Shown: piece after piece, positions 1 to 12,918 of the stretch
How positions within the stretch are numbered: the first letter of the stretch is position 1
How the letters are laid out: every line of letters begins with the position of its first letter
Assembly: GCA_038496445.1 (NCBI GenBank)
Contig: JALMLS010000461.1
Span: 1 to 64,000 of the forward strand
Source: Trichosphaerium sp. ATCC 40318
Taxonomy: Eukaryota; Protista; Tubulinea
Reading direction: 5' to 3'
DNA length: 64,000 bases
Translations under genes and position numbers: made by a program
The notes under the pieces: generated by a model
Databases searched by the model: none
What the model was told of the DNA's origin: nothing
Seen by the model: only the letters and a program-made list of their open reading frames with translations

Positions 1-1134
1 ACGGGATTAGTAAAAACCAGAAGCCTAAAATTCCCGTTTATCACAGTTGCATAAGCTTCTTTGTTAGGTGTCATCAAGTTGTAAGCTAGTACATGTTTGT
101 CTAAGGCTTTGTTGTGTATCATTCTAAACGACCTTGTATTGTTTATACTAAGCAATGGACCATAGAAGATAAGTCCACTTGGAACCTGCGGTTATAATTA
201 GAGTCTATACATATGCATAGGCTTACTCTGAACTTAAACGTGCTAAACGATAAGATGGTATCCTTAATAAAAGCTAAAATTAGGTGCCCTTGTTTGTGAT
301 AAACCAGTTTAGCTTGAGTCACATTAGTGTACTGGTCTAACGAAGCCACTCAGACAATGTAAGGTTCAAAGGTACAAAGTATTACCTCCCCTCAATAGTT
401 GCTCTCTAATAACGCTTCCATTACTCGAAATTGAATACAATACAAATCCTCGAGAAGGTTGGGTGTATCCACAGTAATAACGACCAGAAACTAAGCAAAA
501 AATAAGAGTTGTTTAGTAGTTGGATTTATATTACTTGGTTCGAAGGAAGCGACACTCTGAAGTGATGATGCGAATGCTGGTTGAAGCAACTCAATGAGTT
601 CTGTGATGTAATACTACAGTGTAATGACGTTAGATCAAAATGGAAGAAAATCTAAACGCACGTGTGTATCATCGCGTCGTACGTATCGAACTCCGAATCT
701 ATTACTATAAAAAGCAAATATAGCTATCTCGTCAGGACCTTCAACTACTTCGACAAGCCTTCCATCTAAAGTATCAAGCAAGTTCAATCTTCCTTCGTTT
801 ACCTCTGTGTAATTAAGGTCGTTGTTTGAGAAGAGTTCGCGAAGCGTACCTTGAGCTATGTTTACGTAAACATACATTTTGTTTTCAATTGAACCTTGTG
901 TATTTGCGCTAGTTGTATATTCATCATCACTTACAATTATAGCAACAGTCTTTTCTCCACCAACAATTGTAGTTAATATTGGCGCACGTGTTCCGTTCTC
1001 ATTACTGTAGAGGATATAATCGCTACTAGAAAGACGGCCTATTGTTATAGTAAGAAGGTTTTGTTAGGCTAAGAAAACATACAATGAACTTGGAGAGTGA
1101 TGAACAAAACAACTACAACAAAGGCGTTTGACAT
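1..1134 (-). CDS. Secreted/probably GPI-anchored surface protein, left-arm copy (3' part outside window)
   Basis: Signal-peptide-like first exon, upstream TATAAATA, short GT-AG introns; mirror of 33885-35593. Confidence 0.75.
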
Positions 1135-1696
1135 ATTGTAGACAATTATTTATAATAGTAAGTTTTTGCATGATTAGTTCACTGTGGCTAACTGTGGCTT
1201 TAGAGCTTTGTACCAAGCGAGCTTATTCAATAGCAGAATTGCCTAAAGTTCAGCTTGTTGCTACGTAAATTGGTTACTGGTCGAAACTATTTCACCGTGG
1301 GCAATAGTGTAGTTTACAAGATTGTGACACTATGGCTAACTATGGACCCTTCACAAGACCAGTTGGAAGTAATATCACGTGTTCCCATTGCATCAATTCA
1401 GTAAACGTTTATGACATTCTGTTGGTTCAATAATATTATTAGGAGTCTTGTGAATCTCTACCTTGAAGAGGCAGAAAGGTTTATACAATTGACCTTGAAT
1501 TAAATCAACAATTCATTGAAATATCAAAAATCTGGAGCAGAAATATCGATTGTTTGCTTTCAGCATTGACAGTATTTTAACAAACATTTCAACAAATAGC
1601 GTGTCTACAAAAGAACCTGAAAAGTAAAGGCACCAAGTAGTCAACACGATAGCTATCTAAAAACAAATTTTATTAATCAGCTTTTGTTCTATCCCC

Positions 1697-3307
1697 TTAA
1701 GTCGGTTTAGTTGTTGCAATAGCAACTCTAGGAGTGATTCGTATCTCAGATTTTTTGGCATCCATTCTTTGTTTTCTTTTGATTGCCAAACACCTTCCGT
1801 ACAGGAGTGCAACAACTGTAAATACCAAAGGTATTGCTAAAAGCACAAATGTGATGATCATGAAAACCTTTGATTTTCTGATATACGCTATAGGTGCTGC
1901 AACACTGATGGGTAAGAAGAATTGAACGATTGAAAACCCAACAACAATACAAACCACATCAAGTTTTGAACAGTTGTACTGCTTTCTTCGTTGCCATTTA
2001 TCAATTTCGTCAAACGTGATTATTGGTACCAAGGCAGCACCTAGACCACCAAAGAAGAATGCAGCGATTGTCAAACCATCTTTGGTTGATGGAAGGATGA
2101 GAAGTTTACTTCCATGACGGATTATTGGAACAAAGATGACAAGTGGAACAATGATGCTCAACCACACAAATAAACAAACAGCGATAGTGATGGGAATCTA
2201 CATAGAACAATATATAAGCAAACTAGGATAGGATATACAACACGTGCCTTCACTTGCTTTTGTAACACAAGAGCAAACACATTCGAACAACACCCCATAA
2301 ATGTCGCAATAATTATTACAGAAAATATTACTAATGCTACCCAAAAAATAGTAGTTACGCCTAATATAGACAAAGATTAACTTGTTGTGTGGAGAGAGTA
2401 AGTACTCGTGTACCTCCATAAAAAAGTATTTCTGAACAATCGTTCGGATTATAGAAACAACTGCGATTGCTGAAAACCTATTGACTTGATATTAGTACGA
2501 AGAGCAATAATAAAGAGATACGCCTTACTTGGTACTCAGTCTGATGAATCAGGGCATCTGAACGTTGTTCAAAAGCTGTAGTTGCCACATGACGATTGTT
2601 GTTACCAAAGCAACATTTGTCTTTGTTGCCGGCATGGCATGTATAGTCCCACTATACACAAGCTTAGTATTGAACACTACAATACAGAATCAACAAACCT
2701 CGGCCTCAACCACCCAACAAGGATTACATTCGACACTGCACTGTTGATTTTCCACGCTTTGTTGACATTTATCGTAGCATCCGTCATCATCACATATACG
2801 TCTGGACTTACAACATCCATATCCATTACCGCACGTGCCATTATTCTTATCCTAGCAATAGTTTTGTTAAAAACCAATATTTTAAACCTATCTTACTGTA
2901 ATGAGACGCTCGCAACTTTGTGCATGGTGTCTATGGTGATATGAGGTACAGTGAGCGGATTTCAGAGTTTGATATTTCGTACATATCACTGCATACACAA
3001 TTTACAATATGACAACACGTCGATACACTTACATTTGCGCTTGATAGTTGACATGTTGCATCCTGATATCTGAGATCGTGTTTTCTAAAACAAGTTCAAT
3101 TAATTAATAACGTGTATGTGGCTATGCCAATCATGGTATCATAAGAGAAATATTCGGTTTTTTGTTTCCGCAAAGCACGTGTGAAAGACATATTTAAATT
3201 CAACATACGCTATGTGGTGTAGAATTAAACCAAACCATACTATCACTGGTAAAATAGCCAAGACAAACTGTCCATCCAGCTATTATTAGTGTGCCATGCT
3301 TCGACAT
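1697..3307 (-). pseudogene. Multi-pass membrane protein with Cys-rich extracellular loop, left-arm copy, frameshifted in exon 1
   Basis: Homologous to 40368-42183. Exon 1 reads tgt ct-tg gct, 2 bp short of the in-frame tgt ctc atg gct, at ~3260. Confidence 0.65.
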
Positions 3308-3512
3308 GCTTTGGAGTTCGTTTAGTAATGTTATACTACATTTATTTAAACTTGTATTTTCGTCAAACAAGACTTTAGAAGAAAAAATAACTTCTTCATT
3401 TTTTTAACCGTTCAGAAAATAATTTACCCAACTACCCGAATGCAGTCTGTTAATAGTTAACTTTGTACGGGTATCCGGCTATTGAATATTAGTCATTCCG
3501 CGCTCAAACTAC

Positions 3513-3648
3513 AATTTCAGCAAGAATTTTCTTTGTGGAAACCTCTGTGAAGAGACTAGTTTTGTGGCGTTCTCAAAAGACTTAAACCAAAAAAAAAAAG
3601 AGATACCTTGCACAAACAAACGTTAAAGAAAACTGACTAAAGTATTAT
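3513..3648. repeat. ~135-bp dispersed repeat, copy downstream of the PAN-repeat gene
   Basis: Similar to 6616-6751 (ttttctttgtggaa.cctctgtgaag..actagt..gtgg.gttctcaaa..A-run..aactg.cta.agtattat). Mirrored at 31116-31225. Confidence 0.8.
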
Positions 3649-3677
3649 GAAGGGTCTTGAGACTTTATTGATTGTTG

Positions 3678-4838
3678 CTAATCTTTACTGTAAGTATCAC
3701 CTGAAGCACCACCGGAGATTAAGTTACAAGTATTCATGTAGAACAAGTTACATACAGAGTTGTAGTAGCTTGTGTAATAGTTACATCTTGAATCAGCCGT
3801 ACAAAGTTGTTCACATTCGGCTTTAGTCACAGATGTGTCTCTTGGGAACGAACACTCTCCAGCACCGCCTACCCAGTCACAGTGGGTTACAGTCGATCCA
3901 GCATAGTACCCAGTACAGTAAACAAATCTTCCCGCATGCATATCACGGCGACATCCTTGGCAAGTAGAAGTTGAGCCTGAAGCCAGAGAAGTGTAGGTTT
4001 GAGGAGGTTCTGTTGGTGCTAATGTCGGCGGCTCGGTTACAGGGTCTTTAGAGTATGTATTACCTGAAGCTCCACCGCTGATGAGTGTACAAGTATTCAT
4101 GTAGAACAAATTACAAATAGAGTCGTAGTACGTTGTAAAAAAGTTACATCTTGGATCGTCAGTGCACATTTGCTCGCATTCAGCGTGTGTAACGGAAGTA
4201 TCGCGGGGGAAGGTGCACTCTCCGGGACCGCCTACCCAATTGCATGTGGTAATTGTAGAGCCAGCGTAGTATCCATCGCAGTACACAAATTGACCAGCAA
4301 ACAGATCTTTACGGCATCCTTGACATGTGAGTGTTGATCCTGTCGCTAGAGAGCTGTAGGTTCTTGGTGGATCTGTTGGTGCTTCAGTCGTAGGTGGGTC
4401 CGTTGGAGGTGGGGGTGTTGGCGCATCTGTTGGGGGTGCCGTTGTTGCTGCTACAACTTTTTCTAAGGTATCTCCCGAGGCACCGCCAGAAATGAGATTA
4501 CAGGAGGTCATGAAGAATAAGTTACAGATGGAGTTGTAGTAGCTCGTATAGAATCCGCATCGAGAGTCGTTGTCGCACATTTGTTGGCACTCTGCTTTTG
4601 TAACAGAGGTATCCCGCGGAAAAGTACATTCTCCAGCACCGCCCACCCAGTCACAGTGGGTTACAGTCGATCCAGCGTAATATCCATCGCAGTAGACAAA
4701 GCGTCCAGAATGCATGTCTTTTCTACATCCTTGACAAGTGAGTGTTGATCCAGAGGCAAGAGTATTGTAGGTGTTGGCATAGACGATCGATAGGGAAGAT
4801 AAAATACAGACGATAAGGGGTACAGAAGTACGTGTCAT
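3678..4838 (-). CDS. Secreted protein with three ~105-aa Cys-rich PAN/Apple-like repeats and Pro/Thr linkers
   Basis: Intronless 386-aa ORF with signal peptide. Each repeat has 10 Cys including ECxxxCxxDxRC...CNL (PAN/Apple-like). AATAAA follows the stop. Confidence 0.9.
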   Translation of the reverse strand: MTRTSVPLIVCILSSLSIVYANTYNTLASGSTLTCQGCRKDMHSGRFVYCDGYYAGSTVTHCDWVGGAGECTFPRDTSVTKAECQQMCDNDSRCGFYTSYYNSICNLFFMTSCNLISGGASGDTLEKVVAATTAPPTDAPTPPPPTDPPTTEAPTDPPRTYSSLATGSTLTCQGCRKDLFAGQFVYCDGYYAGSTITTCNWVGGPGECTFPRDTSVTHAECEQMCTDDPRCNFFTTYYDSICNLFYMNTCTLISGGASGNTYSKDPVTEPPTLAPTEPPQTYTSLASGSTSTCQGCRRDMHAGRFVYCTGYYAGSTVTHCDWVGGAGECSFPRDTSVTKAECEQLCTADSRCNYYTSYYNSVCNLFYMNTCNLISGGASGDTYSKD

Positions 4839-6615
4839 CTTGTAGAGTTATGGTAAATTGTGCTATTTTTACCTAACACGTTTGTGTATGTGCACTACAT
4901 GGTGAGATATCTAGAGGTAACAATTAAGTAACGTTGAATACGCCAAAGGGACAGAACTAAAAATCCATTGGTGAGAATAAGAGATAAAACTAGAGGTAAC
5001 AAGTAATGTGGAACGCAAAAATTATCAGAACATGAAAAATGTTAACAGAAAACCAACACAAAAAAAGTGTCTATTTATATGAATCTACTCTCCTTTTTTG
5101 ACATGTTGATTTACGCCAACAACAACCCAAAATCGTTCGCACAACAAAATCGAAACTTTTTATCCTTGCGTAGCAGATTAATCACGTGCTAGGTGTTTCA
5201 AAATCATATTTTTACAACTCCTAAACACAACTTGTTATGCGTTTTTTGAATTCAGCTGATTCACTGCAACTTTGACTCTAATTCACGAACATGACGATAT
5301 TCAACTAACCAGACTTGCGGGCCGTTTTTAGGGCTTTGAGTATTTTCTAGTGACCTAAAACATACATAGAGTAGGTTAGATCTAATACCCTACCCTGGAT
5401 ATATGTGCGTTATCCTTAAACAGTGTTTAGACTTGGATTATTGTGTAAATTGTGATATGTTTATAGTGGCCTACAATAGCACTACATACTGCTAGAGCCT
5501 AACGCTGTGTACTGTGCTCTTGAAGTTATGAAGTAGTCCTGCCCGCTAGTTAGCATCACTTCACTTCGCGAATTATAAATAGCCGTTCACGAAAAAGTGT
5601 AAATGATCTTTGTAAATGTCGGTTTACGTGTAATAAAGCCTGTTTAAAAACTTCACTAGCTAGTGCCTTTGGTTTCTAATTCATTTGTAATTACACTATA
5701 CTACTGCTTATACATATCACTCCTTTATTCTCCAGAACGTGTAATTTCAATAGAGTGTACCGCTACCCCAAATAAATAGAAAGGTTACCTACCACTCCTC
5801 TTATCAAACAAAAAGAGTTTACAGCCTCATTGCGTTACATTCTTCTGCAAGAGATATCCAGGAAAGATCATTTGTACTATATTTCCAACTTACAAATTAC
5901 GACCTCACAGCCTGAAAAACTGATCATTTTTGGAGCACCACGTCACCAAGAATCCTTTGATCTGTAATCAATCCACCCAAACCTTCCTTCCAACGCAAAA
6001 TCAAAGTTACAGAGCTGTTAGATAGCGTAGTGTAGCCGCTAATCCAAAGTAAAATACTTAGGGTTTTACTCGCTCGTTTTAATGCAAAGTTAATTCTAAT
6101 GTTACACTGCAAGCGGTTTGCTTTTGCATCCATTTGAGGTTTGCAGTTAATTTTAAATTACTCGTTGTATAATAACAACCACAGGTAAAATAGCAAGCTA
6201 CCTTCCGATCGAGATTACAAGATGAATAAAACAAGACAATGGCCATCTTGCTATCATGTACTTTCCTGAAAGCATGTACCAGGAGTGATGGATTTTTCCT
6301 GAAATAACGTTATTTTATTAAACGCTAAGCCTTCTTAGAAAAGGCCACTCCTATTGGTAGCGTTTGACACGGATTATCGGCAAAAGAGAAACTAAATCTC
6401 ATGTTTTATTTTATCATTGTTCACTGTGAGCGTGTACTTCATTTTAAGAATCCACATGTTTTAAGTACCTACAAGTAACGCCTTACAAATATAAGGCATG
6501 GAGATGGTTTGGGTAATGACCAACTAAAGAATGTATATGTATAGATAATCTTTTTTACCCGTAATCCAGGTCAACTCCCTTTGCTCCATTTCGATCTTGT
6601 TAAAAGATAAACTTG

Positions 6616-6751
6616 AATTTCGACCAGATTTTTCTTTGTGGAACCTCTGTGAAGGTACTAGTTTGTGGGGTTCTCAAAGCCTAAAAACCAAAAAAAAAGA
6701 AATCACGTGACAAGACAAAAAACTGTAAAAATTAACTGCCTACAGTATTAT
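6616..6751. repeat. ~135-bp dispersed repeat, copy downstream of the mucin-like gene
   Basis: Direct repeat of 3513-3648; mirrored at 28016-28153. Confidence 0.8.
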
Positions 6752-6881
6752 CTAGCTTCAATGCTATTGTATCACATAAGATCTGTTAAAACTACAAAAT
6801 CTGGTCAGTTCTGGAAAAAAACTAGTAAATAATCTTTATTGTGTTAGTGCGTATCTTTCACAAAGTCTAGTACAAGATGAT

Positions 6882-7984
6882 TTATAAATAAAGACAACAC
6901 AACAATGCCAAAACGTTGAACACCATAAAATACATAGAAATTAGCTTATTGGATGAAGAGGCTACAGGTGATGCTTGTATTATTGGTGCTTGTGTCATAA
7001 CACCTTGATTGGTTGGAGTAGCTGTTGGTGTTGCTGTTGGCGTTGTTGTTGTTGGTTGTACTGTTATTATTGATATTGGAAACGTTGGAGAAGAAGCTGG
7101 TGCCAGTGTTGTAGGAGGTTGCGTTGTTGGCAAAGATGGTTTAGGAGGAAACGTTGTTGGTGATAATGTTGTAGGCGGTAGTGTTGGAAGAAGTGTTGTT
7201 GGAGGTAGCGTTGTTGGAGGTGGAGGCAAAGTTGTGGGTGGTAATGTCGTTGGAACCAAAGTAGCTATCTGAAAACTTACAGTAGACAGGCGGGGAGTTA
7301 ATTACGGCTGCAGCGCAATTGCGAAACTACAACGCAAAAAGTTAATATAAATTAAAGGATGTTACTACTCGAACATACGTGAATGACGTTGCATTGAAAT
7401 TGAAAGAATTTGGAGCGTTTGTAAAATTATGTGAAACTAAAGTAATTCCTAAAGAAATGTTAGAATACTTTGGCTAATCAAGTGCTAAAGTATAAGGAAG
7501 TCTAGCTTACAGCTATGCCAAAAGGCGGGCAAGACCACTTCCTTACAAAAGATAAGATGTTTGTAGTTTGATACCTCCTATAACTGGTTGATCCATTACA
7601 CACTCTATTACAAGAGCTACTGTTTGGCCACTTCCGATAAGGTCGTATCGAGCCGAATTTGCGTTAATATCAAGTCTGTGCTCATTTTGCGGATAAGTTA
7701 CTATATACTCTGTAGCTGCATCAGAAACAATGAAGTTGGGGTTGTTTGGTTCACTAGAATCAGCTGCAATATCAAAGTTACCACAGATGGAACTTTTATT
7801 GTACATATTCCTGAATCGCCTTCACCTACATGGAGAAGTTAATGAAAAGTTACCAAAACACAGTGTTGCTACTCTTCTTTTTTTCAGGCGTGCTAAAATA
7901 CACCTTCTCTATCTATGGCAAGTACGTACTTAAAGAAAGCGCCAAGGTGAATAGAGTACATAAACATAGAAGTGCTTTAATCAT
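6882..7984 (-). pseudogene. Mucin-like (PTTLP) GPI-type surface protein, left-arm copy with apparent 1-bp frameshift
   Basis: Signal peptide MIKALLCLCTLFTLALS, small globular domain, PTTLP stalk, hydrophobic tail. Reads ccatctgtggtaac vs ccatctgttggtaac in the right arm (~7783); this could be a sequencing error. Confidence 0.6.
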
Positions 7985-9249
7985 TGTGAGAAAATGATAA
8001 TAATAGATAGTTACAATTGACAAAAATAGCAACGGCTTTAAATTAATTTGTTTGTAAAACACTTAAAAGTTATAAATACACTAACTATTGTTGCAATAAT
8101 TCCATCCTGTAAGTCCATTCACCAACTATACACAAACTTGCACTTTTGAACTTTCTTGGTTTTTCGGGTAGCACCAAACTTTGGATTTGTCTATTTTTGG
8201 CAATTGATTTTGGCAAAGTTTAATATCACACATAGCTCGTGACATCTAGTGTCAAATATTAGTGCTTCTCTTAATAACAGTCTATTATAGAAGTCAAAAT
8301 GTGCCTAACTTAGCACAGTACTCTAATACGGCTACTCTGGTTAGGACATGTAATGGCATTGAGGGACCACTTCAATAAAGCATAAGTATATTCTGAAATT
8401 TCATGATTTTTGGTGTTTTTTGTGATCAAATCATTTCATCTTGTATGTCTTGTGAAAAGTCGCACGATTATTTGGAGACAAATTAAATTTAATGGGAATA
8501 CAGTTTTACCGAAACAATACCAAAAAGACACTTAAAACAACCGCCTCTACCACCGCCAATGTAGATGTCGTTCTATTCTATGTACTACTATAGAGAACGG
8601 CGACAGTACTATTTATTTCAAAAACACTAAAAAAAATGTTTTAGTATGAGACAATGAATGGCTCTAATCACTTTTGGCTAGGCCCTTTGCTATGATCCGG
8701 ACAAACCCGACCTTCACTATGTCGGGTGAGTGCAAAATACGAAAGTTCCAGCAATTTCAATAGTTCTTAAAGCTTGAGAATTTTTCAATACACAGTTGAA
8801 TATGCTTAATAGCATAAGAACTATGTGCATTGCGTCGTTTGGGAGCTTAATATTTAGTAGTGCATCGAACTGAGTGTACTAAAATGATAGTTGGAATGGA
8901 TAAATTGTTTTTCACGTGTTGTTTTTCAGGCTCTTTTGCCAGCTATTATTCTCAAGACCGGCCATCCATCGCACCAATTCCGGTGTATGGTGAATACAAT
9001 ATCAAGTTAGGCTGTTTGAGATGTTGCATAAGTTGCAAACAAATTGTTTTCTAAACAGTATTGTTTACAACCTCAACTCAGGGATGAGCGAGTCACTCTT
9101 TAAGCGGATTTTGCGCATTCACTAGAGAGAAAAAGGTACACGTGGATATCATACTTGTGATTATAATATGATTATAATATTGGTACTGACATAGATCCCT
9201 CCCATCACGGCGGAACCTATTACCAACATATTCGACTACAGGCCTCCTA

Positions 9250-9590
9250 CCACAACACTTAGAGAACCATACTAAGCTGTAATTTCTTGGAGGGTCTGTT
9301 GTCACTTCAGCCGTTGGCGGGTCCATGGGTGTTGCTGTAACTTTTTCGATGGTATCCAGACACTGCCAGAAATGAGATTGCAGGAGGTTTTGTTGTTGTA
9401 AGTCGAATAGAATCCACATCGAGAGGCTTTGTCGCACATTTGTTGGCACTCTGCTTTTGTAACAGAGTTATTCCTTGGAAAGGTACACTCTCCAGAACCG
9501 CCCAACCAGTCACAGTGGGTTACAGTCGAGCCAGCGTAGTATCCATCGCAGTAGGCAAAGAGTCCAGAATTGATGGCTTTTCTCCATCGT
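9250..9590 (-). pseudogene. Decayed fragment of the PAN/Apple-repeat gene
   Basis: Matches repeat 1 and the linker of 3678-4838 (CDGYYAGSTVTHCDW.GG.GECTFPR..SVTKAECQQMCD) with deletions and frameshifts. Confidence 0.9.
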
Positions 9591-9741
9591 TACTATCTAA
9601 AACATAAAGCTTGCTAGAGCTCTGTATGCAGCACTATAACACCAGTTTCGCTGTACTGCTCTATTCTTTACGTAGAAACATGTTTCATTGCTATGTTTAC
9701 ATCATAATACAGTGCGATAGTAGTAGTTTCTTTATTGAAAG

Positions 9742-12673
9742 TTAGGCATCCAAAACTAGGTTTTTGAGAGCTTTAGGAACAGCATCACGTGATTGTAATG
9801 CAGCACAAGCACAACTTATACCTATCTTAATACCTTCTTCCTCTTTGATTCCATTAAGCAATGCGTAAGCTATACCACCAGAAAGACAGTCTCCAGCTCC
9901 TGTCACATTAACTAAAATAAACATTAGTCATGGACCACTTGGCTTCATTGATCGATTTTTGAGTGGATTAATGAGACATGACGAAATAGACACAACGAAC
10001 TTGGTGCGTGCCTATTGAATCAACTTTTTCTGAAGGTACATGTTTGACTTGTCTGCTGTCTTTTGATCCCCAATATACTGTAAAAAAAAAATACAAAGTT
10101 AGTTATAGTCAGCAAATAACTCTTCGATACCTCCTTTCGAACCAACAGACACAATAACACATTTGATACCATAATCCAGAAGGAAATTGATACCTTTTTC
10201 GATGCTACCTAAGCAATACAATTCATTAGGAAAACAACACTAAGGGTGTACTTTGTAAGTTTTTTTAACACTTACATGGTTCCTGGTTTTTGTCAATAGC
10301 GCGTACTATCGCCTGTAGCTCATCTTTATTCGGTGTAATAATATCAATATGCTTTAATACACCACTATTTACTAGTTTTATACTCTTTGGAATTGATACA
10401 GTGTCAACCATTGCTAAGACAAAGAATCATTAACTGTTCTGAAACAAAAAGAAAACTCGTACTTTTTACATTATGCTTCTTGCATAGCCTTACAATCTCT
10501 GTGATACCACTTTGATGTATGTTTGTATCAAATATGCATAAAGGAGATTTATAAAATAAAGGTTCTAAAGACCGTATCTAGTAACTATGTGAGTAGTAAG
10601 GGCGACGTAAACAATCGTACAAACTTGTCATTAAGTGCATCAAAAATATCCATTGCCGCGATTGCAGACCTCATACTTCCGTCATTGTCTAGTGTGGCAT
10701 GGTACACCGCAGTAGATATACCCTTTGACGTATTATGTAAAGTTGGTGTAAGGTTAGGTATGCTGTTGAGGTGCTCCTTAACAACAGCACCCATTGCATC
10801 GTTTCCAATTCTGGACACAAATCTAACTTTATTACCAAGTCTACAGACGACCTCTGCAAGAAAGAAATGAGCATGTATGGAACTGGGTTCTTTTCATTAC
10901 CTGCAATATTCTTTGCTACTCCTCCGGTTGATATGGAAGCTTTACCAGGCATAGATGTATCAATAATTAACGACTCATGAGGCTGCCCAATGATATCAAC
11001 TAACAAACATATAAGACATTTACTTGATTTCTGAGAGTAGCGAGGTACCTACAACACCTCCAATCACTATAGGTAACCCTGTATTTTTAGATTGCGTGTG
11101 TTTAATCACAGTATGTTCAGTGGGTGCTTTAAAAGTCAAACAAAAGAACAAGTACAATGAAACAAAATGTCGTGGTGGTTTTTTTTATTTAAAGGATCAC
11201 AATCAAGGTACTTTTATTGTGTACCTTGAACATCAGTCATTGTGGCCAACTCAGAAGCAATCATAGCAGCAACTTTAGCATTATTAAGTATAAGAGAAAT
11301 ATCTTCAAAGTCAAAGAAAACAATATAAGTAACAAAGATAACAACTTTTCAAAAAAAAAGGAAAAAAATGGGAAGGATACTGGCTTTTGTTGTTTTGCCC
11401 TCTGATATGTGATGCACTCTAGAAAGCAAGAAAGGTGTAAGTTCCTTTCCTTTTACTCCTTGCTCCACTGATTCTTTAAGAGCTTGTTCAATAGCATGAG
11501 TAATCGGTGCAGCATCAGCCTCAGCATCCAATGGAATTGGGTTTGCCTTACAAAGTTAACATCGGTTACGGTTTGCCTAGTAAACAGCGTACGATAAGTA
11601 TTCCTGCAGGAGAACCAGATGTCACATTAGCATTGATGATATCAGCACACTCACGAGCAGATTGAGCTTCCCAAGCTACTTTTTCGCCACTACATATCAA
11701 GTGTTAAACATAATACTTTTAACTACAATAAATACCTGTCACGTGTATAGAACGCAGGCATTTTTTCTGTTTTATAGCCAACAACAAGGACACCTTGTGT
11801 TTCAAGGTATTCTAATGTACGTGGACTAATACGCTAGTTAGCAATCGCTTTTTATCCTTGATGAGTAAGTCGTACATGTCTAGAATAGCCTTTGCTCCAG
11901 CTGATACGACAGCTACAGGAGTTTTACCAAGCTGTAAAAGATCTGCTGAGATATCCATTGCTATTTGCTTGTCAATAAGAAAATAAACAAATGCATTATG
12001 TACACTCATGACCACCACGATGCACACCACCAATTCCACCTGTAGCAAAAACTGGACGAAAAAGTAAGTAAAATCTCAAGCTAACTCACTTCTTTTTCTT
12101 GCCTTTGATACCAGCCAAGTGAGCTATATACATTGTAGCTGCAACTGTAGTTGAACCCTTTAAAAAAAAGTACGTCACGTGACTGAAAAAAAAAACTTAA
12201 AGTTTGTTTAGAGACACATACATTGAATCTTCGCGCAATGGCAAGTGGGATGTCTCTGATAGAGCATTTACGAATATTCTTGCTTTTGGCGAACAGCATA
12301 ACATCAGCGTCACTCATACCGAGTTGTAGCACGCCCTCTTACGCATTGTTAGATGGTTACGGTTCATTTTACGCTATAATCGTACGTATAATACATATTG
12401 TTGCTGGTACTGCTCCATTTGCTCTTACAATGTCTTCTGCTTGCTTAGCAACGCGTACGTTTTCAGGGTAAGGAAATCCGTGCGAAATTAACGTAGATTC
12501 GAGCGCAACGACTGGTGTACCTGAAAACAGCGTTATTTACTATTAAAAAATAATTTTAACCAACCGTTTTTGAGCGCATTTTTTATCTCGTCGCTAATAC
12601 GCAAATGAGGCGTTGTAAAATGACGTGTAATGGCTCCAGCCCGTCTGCAAAATTTATCTTTAACGTCTGCCAT
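9742..12673 (-). CDS. Bifunctional pseudouridine-5'-phosphate glycosidase (PsuG/IndA family) - PfkB-family pseudouridine kinase
   Basis: Exons give [44 protein letters not shown] and GKELTPFLL, then [16 protein letters not shown] and [10 protein letters not shown] (PfkB signature). Many short introns. Confidence 0.93.
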
Positions 12674-12918
12674 GATAACTGAGCTTGTAAGCGTGAAGTG
12701 GCATGCAATGGTCGTCTTCGGTAAATTCCGATTTAATTTTCTAGTGAATTGAGAAAAAACTTACTCAGTCACTTTTTTCGTCATCGTTCTGCTTAGAAAA
12801 AGGTGGCCATTCCCTCTATTGGCAAACAAAAACTTGCTTGCATAAGGAGTGGTACATACGATCCAAGGCTTCTTTCTTGTTATTAAATTACAATTTATTA
12901 TTTGTTTTCTTTTTTACT

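Larger units (their letters stand above)
1..8518. repeat. Left arm of large inverted segmental duplication (runs off the window start)
   Basis: Reverse complement of ~25348-35027. Position 1 pairs with 35027 and ttaccgaaacaat (8506-8518) pairs with 25348-25360. The ORF track shows mirrored ORFs (386 aa, 156 aa, 120 aa, 68 aa). Confidence 0.97.

Noticed and set aside
2582-2944. His/Cys-rich 120-aa ORF present in three copies (also 32061-32423 and 40937-41224)
   Set aside because: It is antisense to the spliced Cys-loop membrane gene, whose splice signals and Cys pattern explain the conservation.
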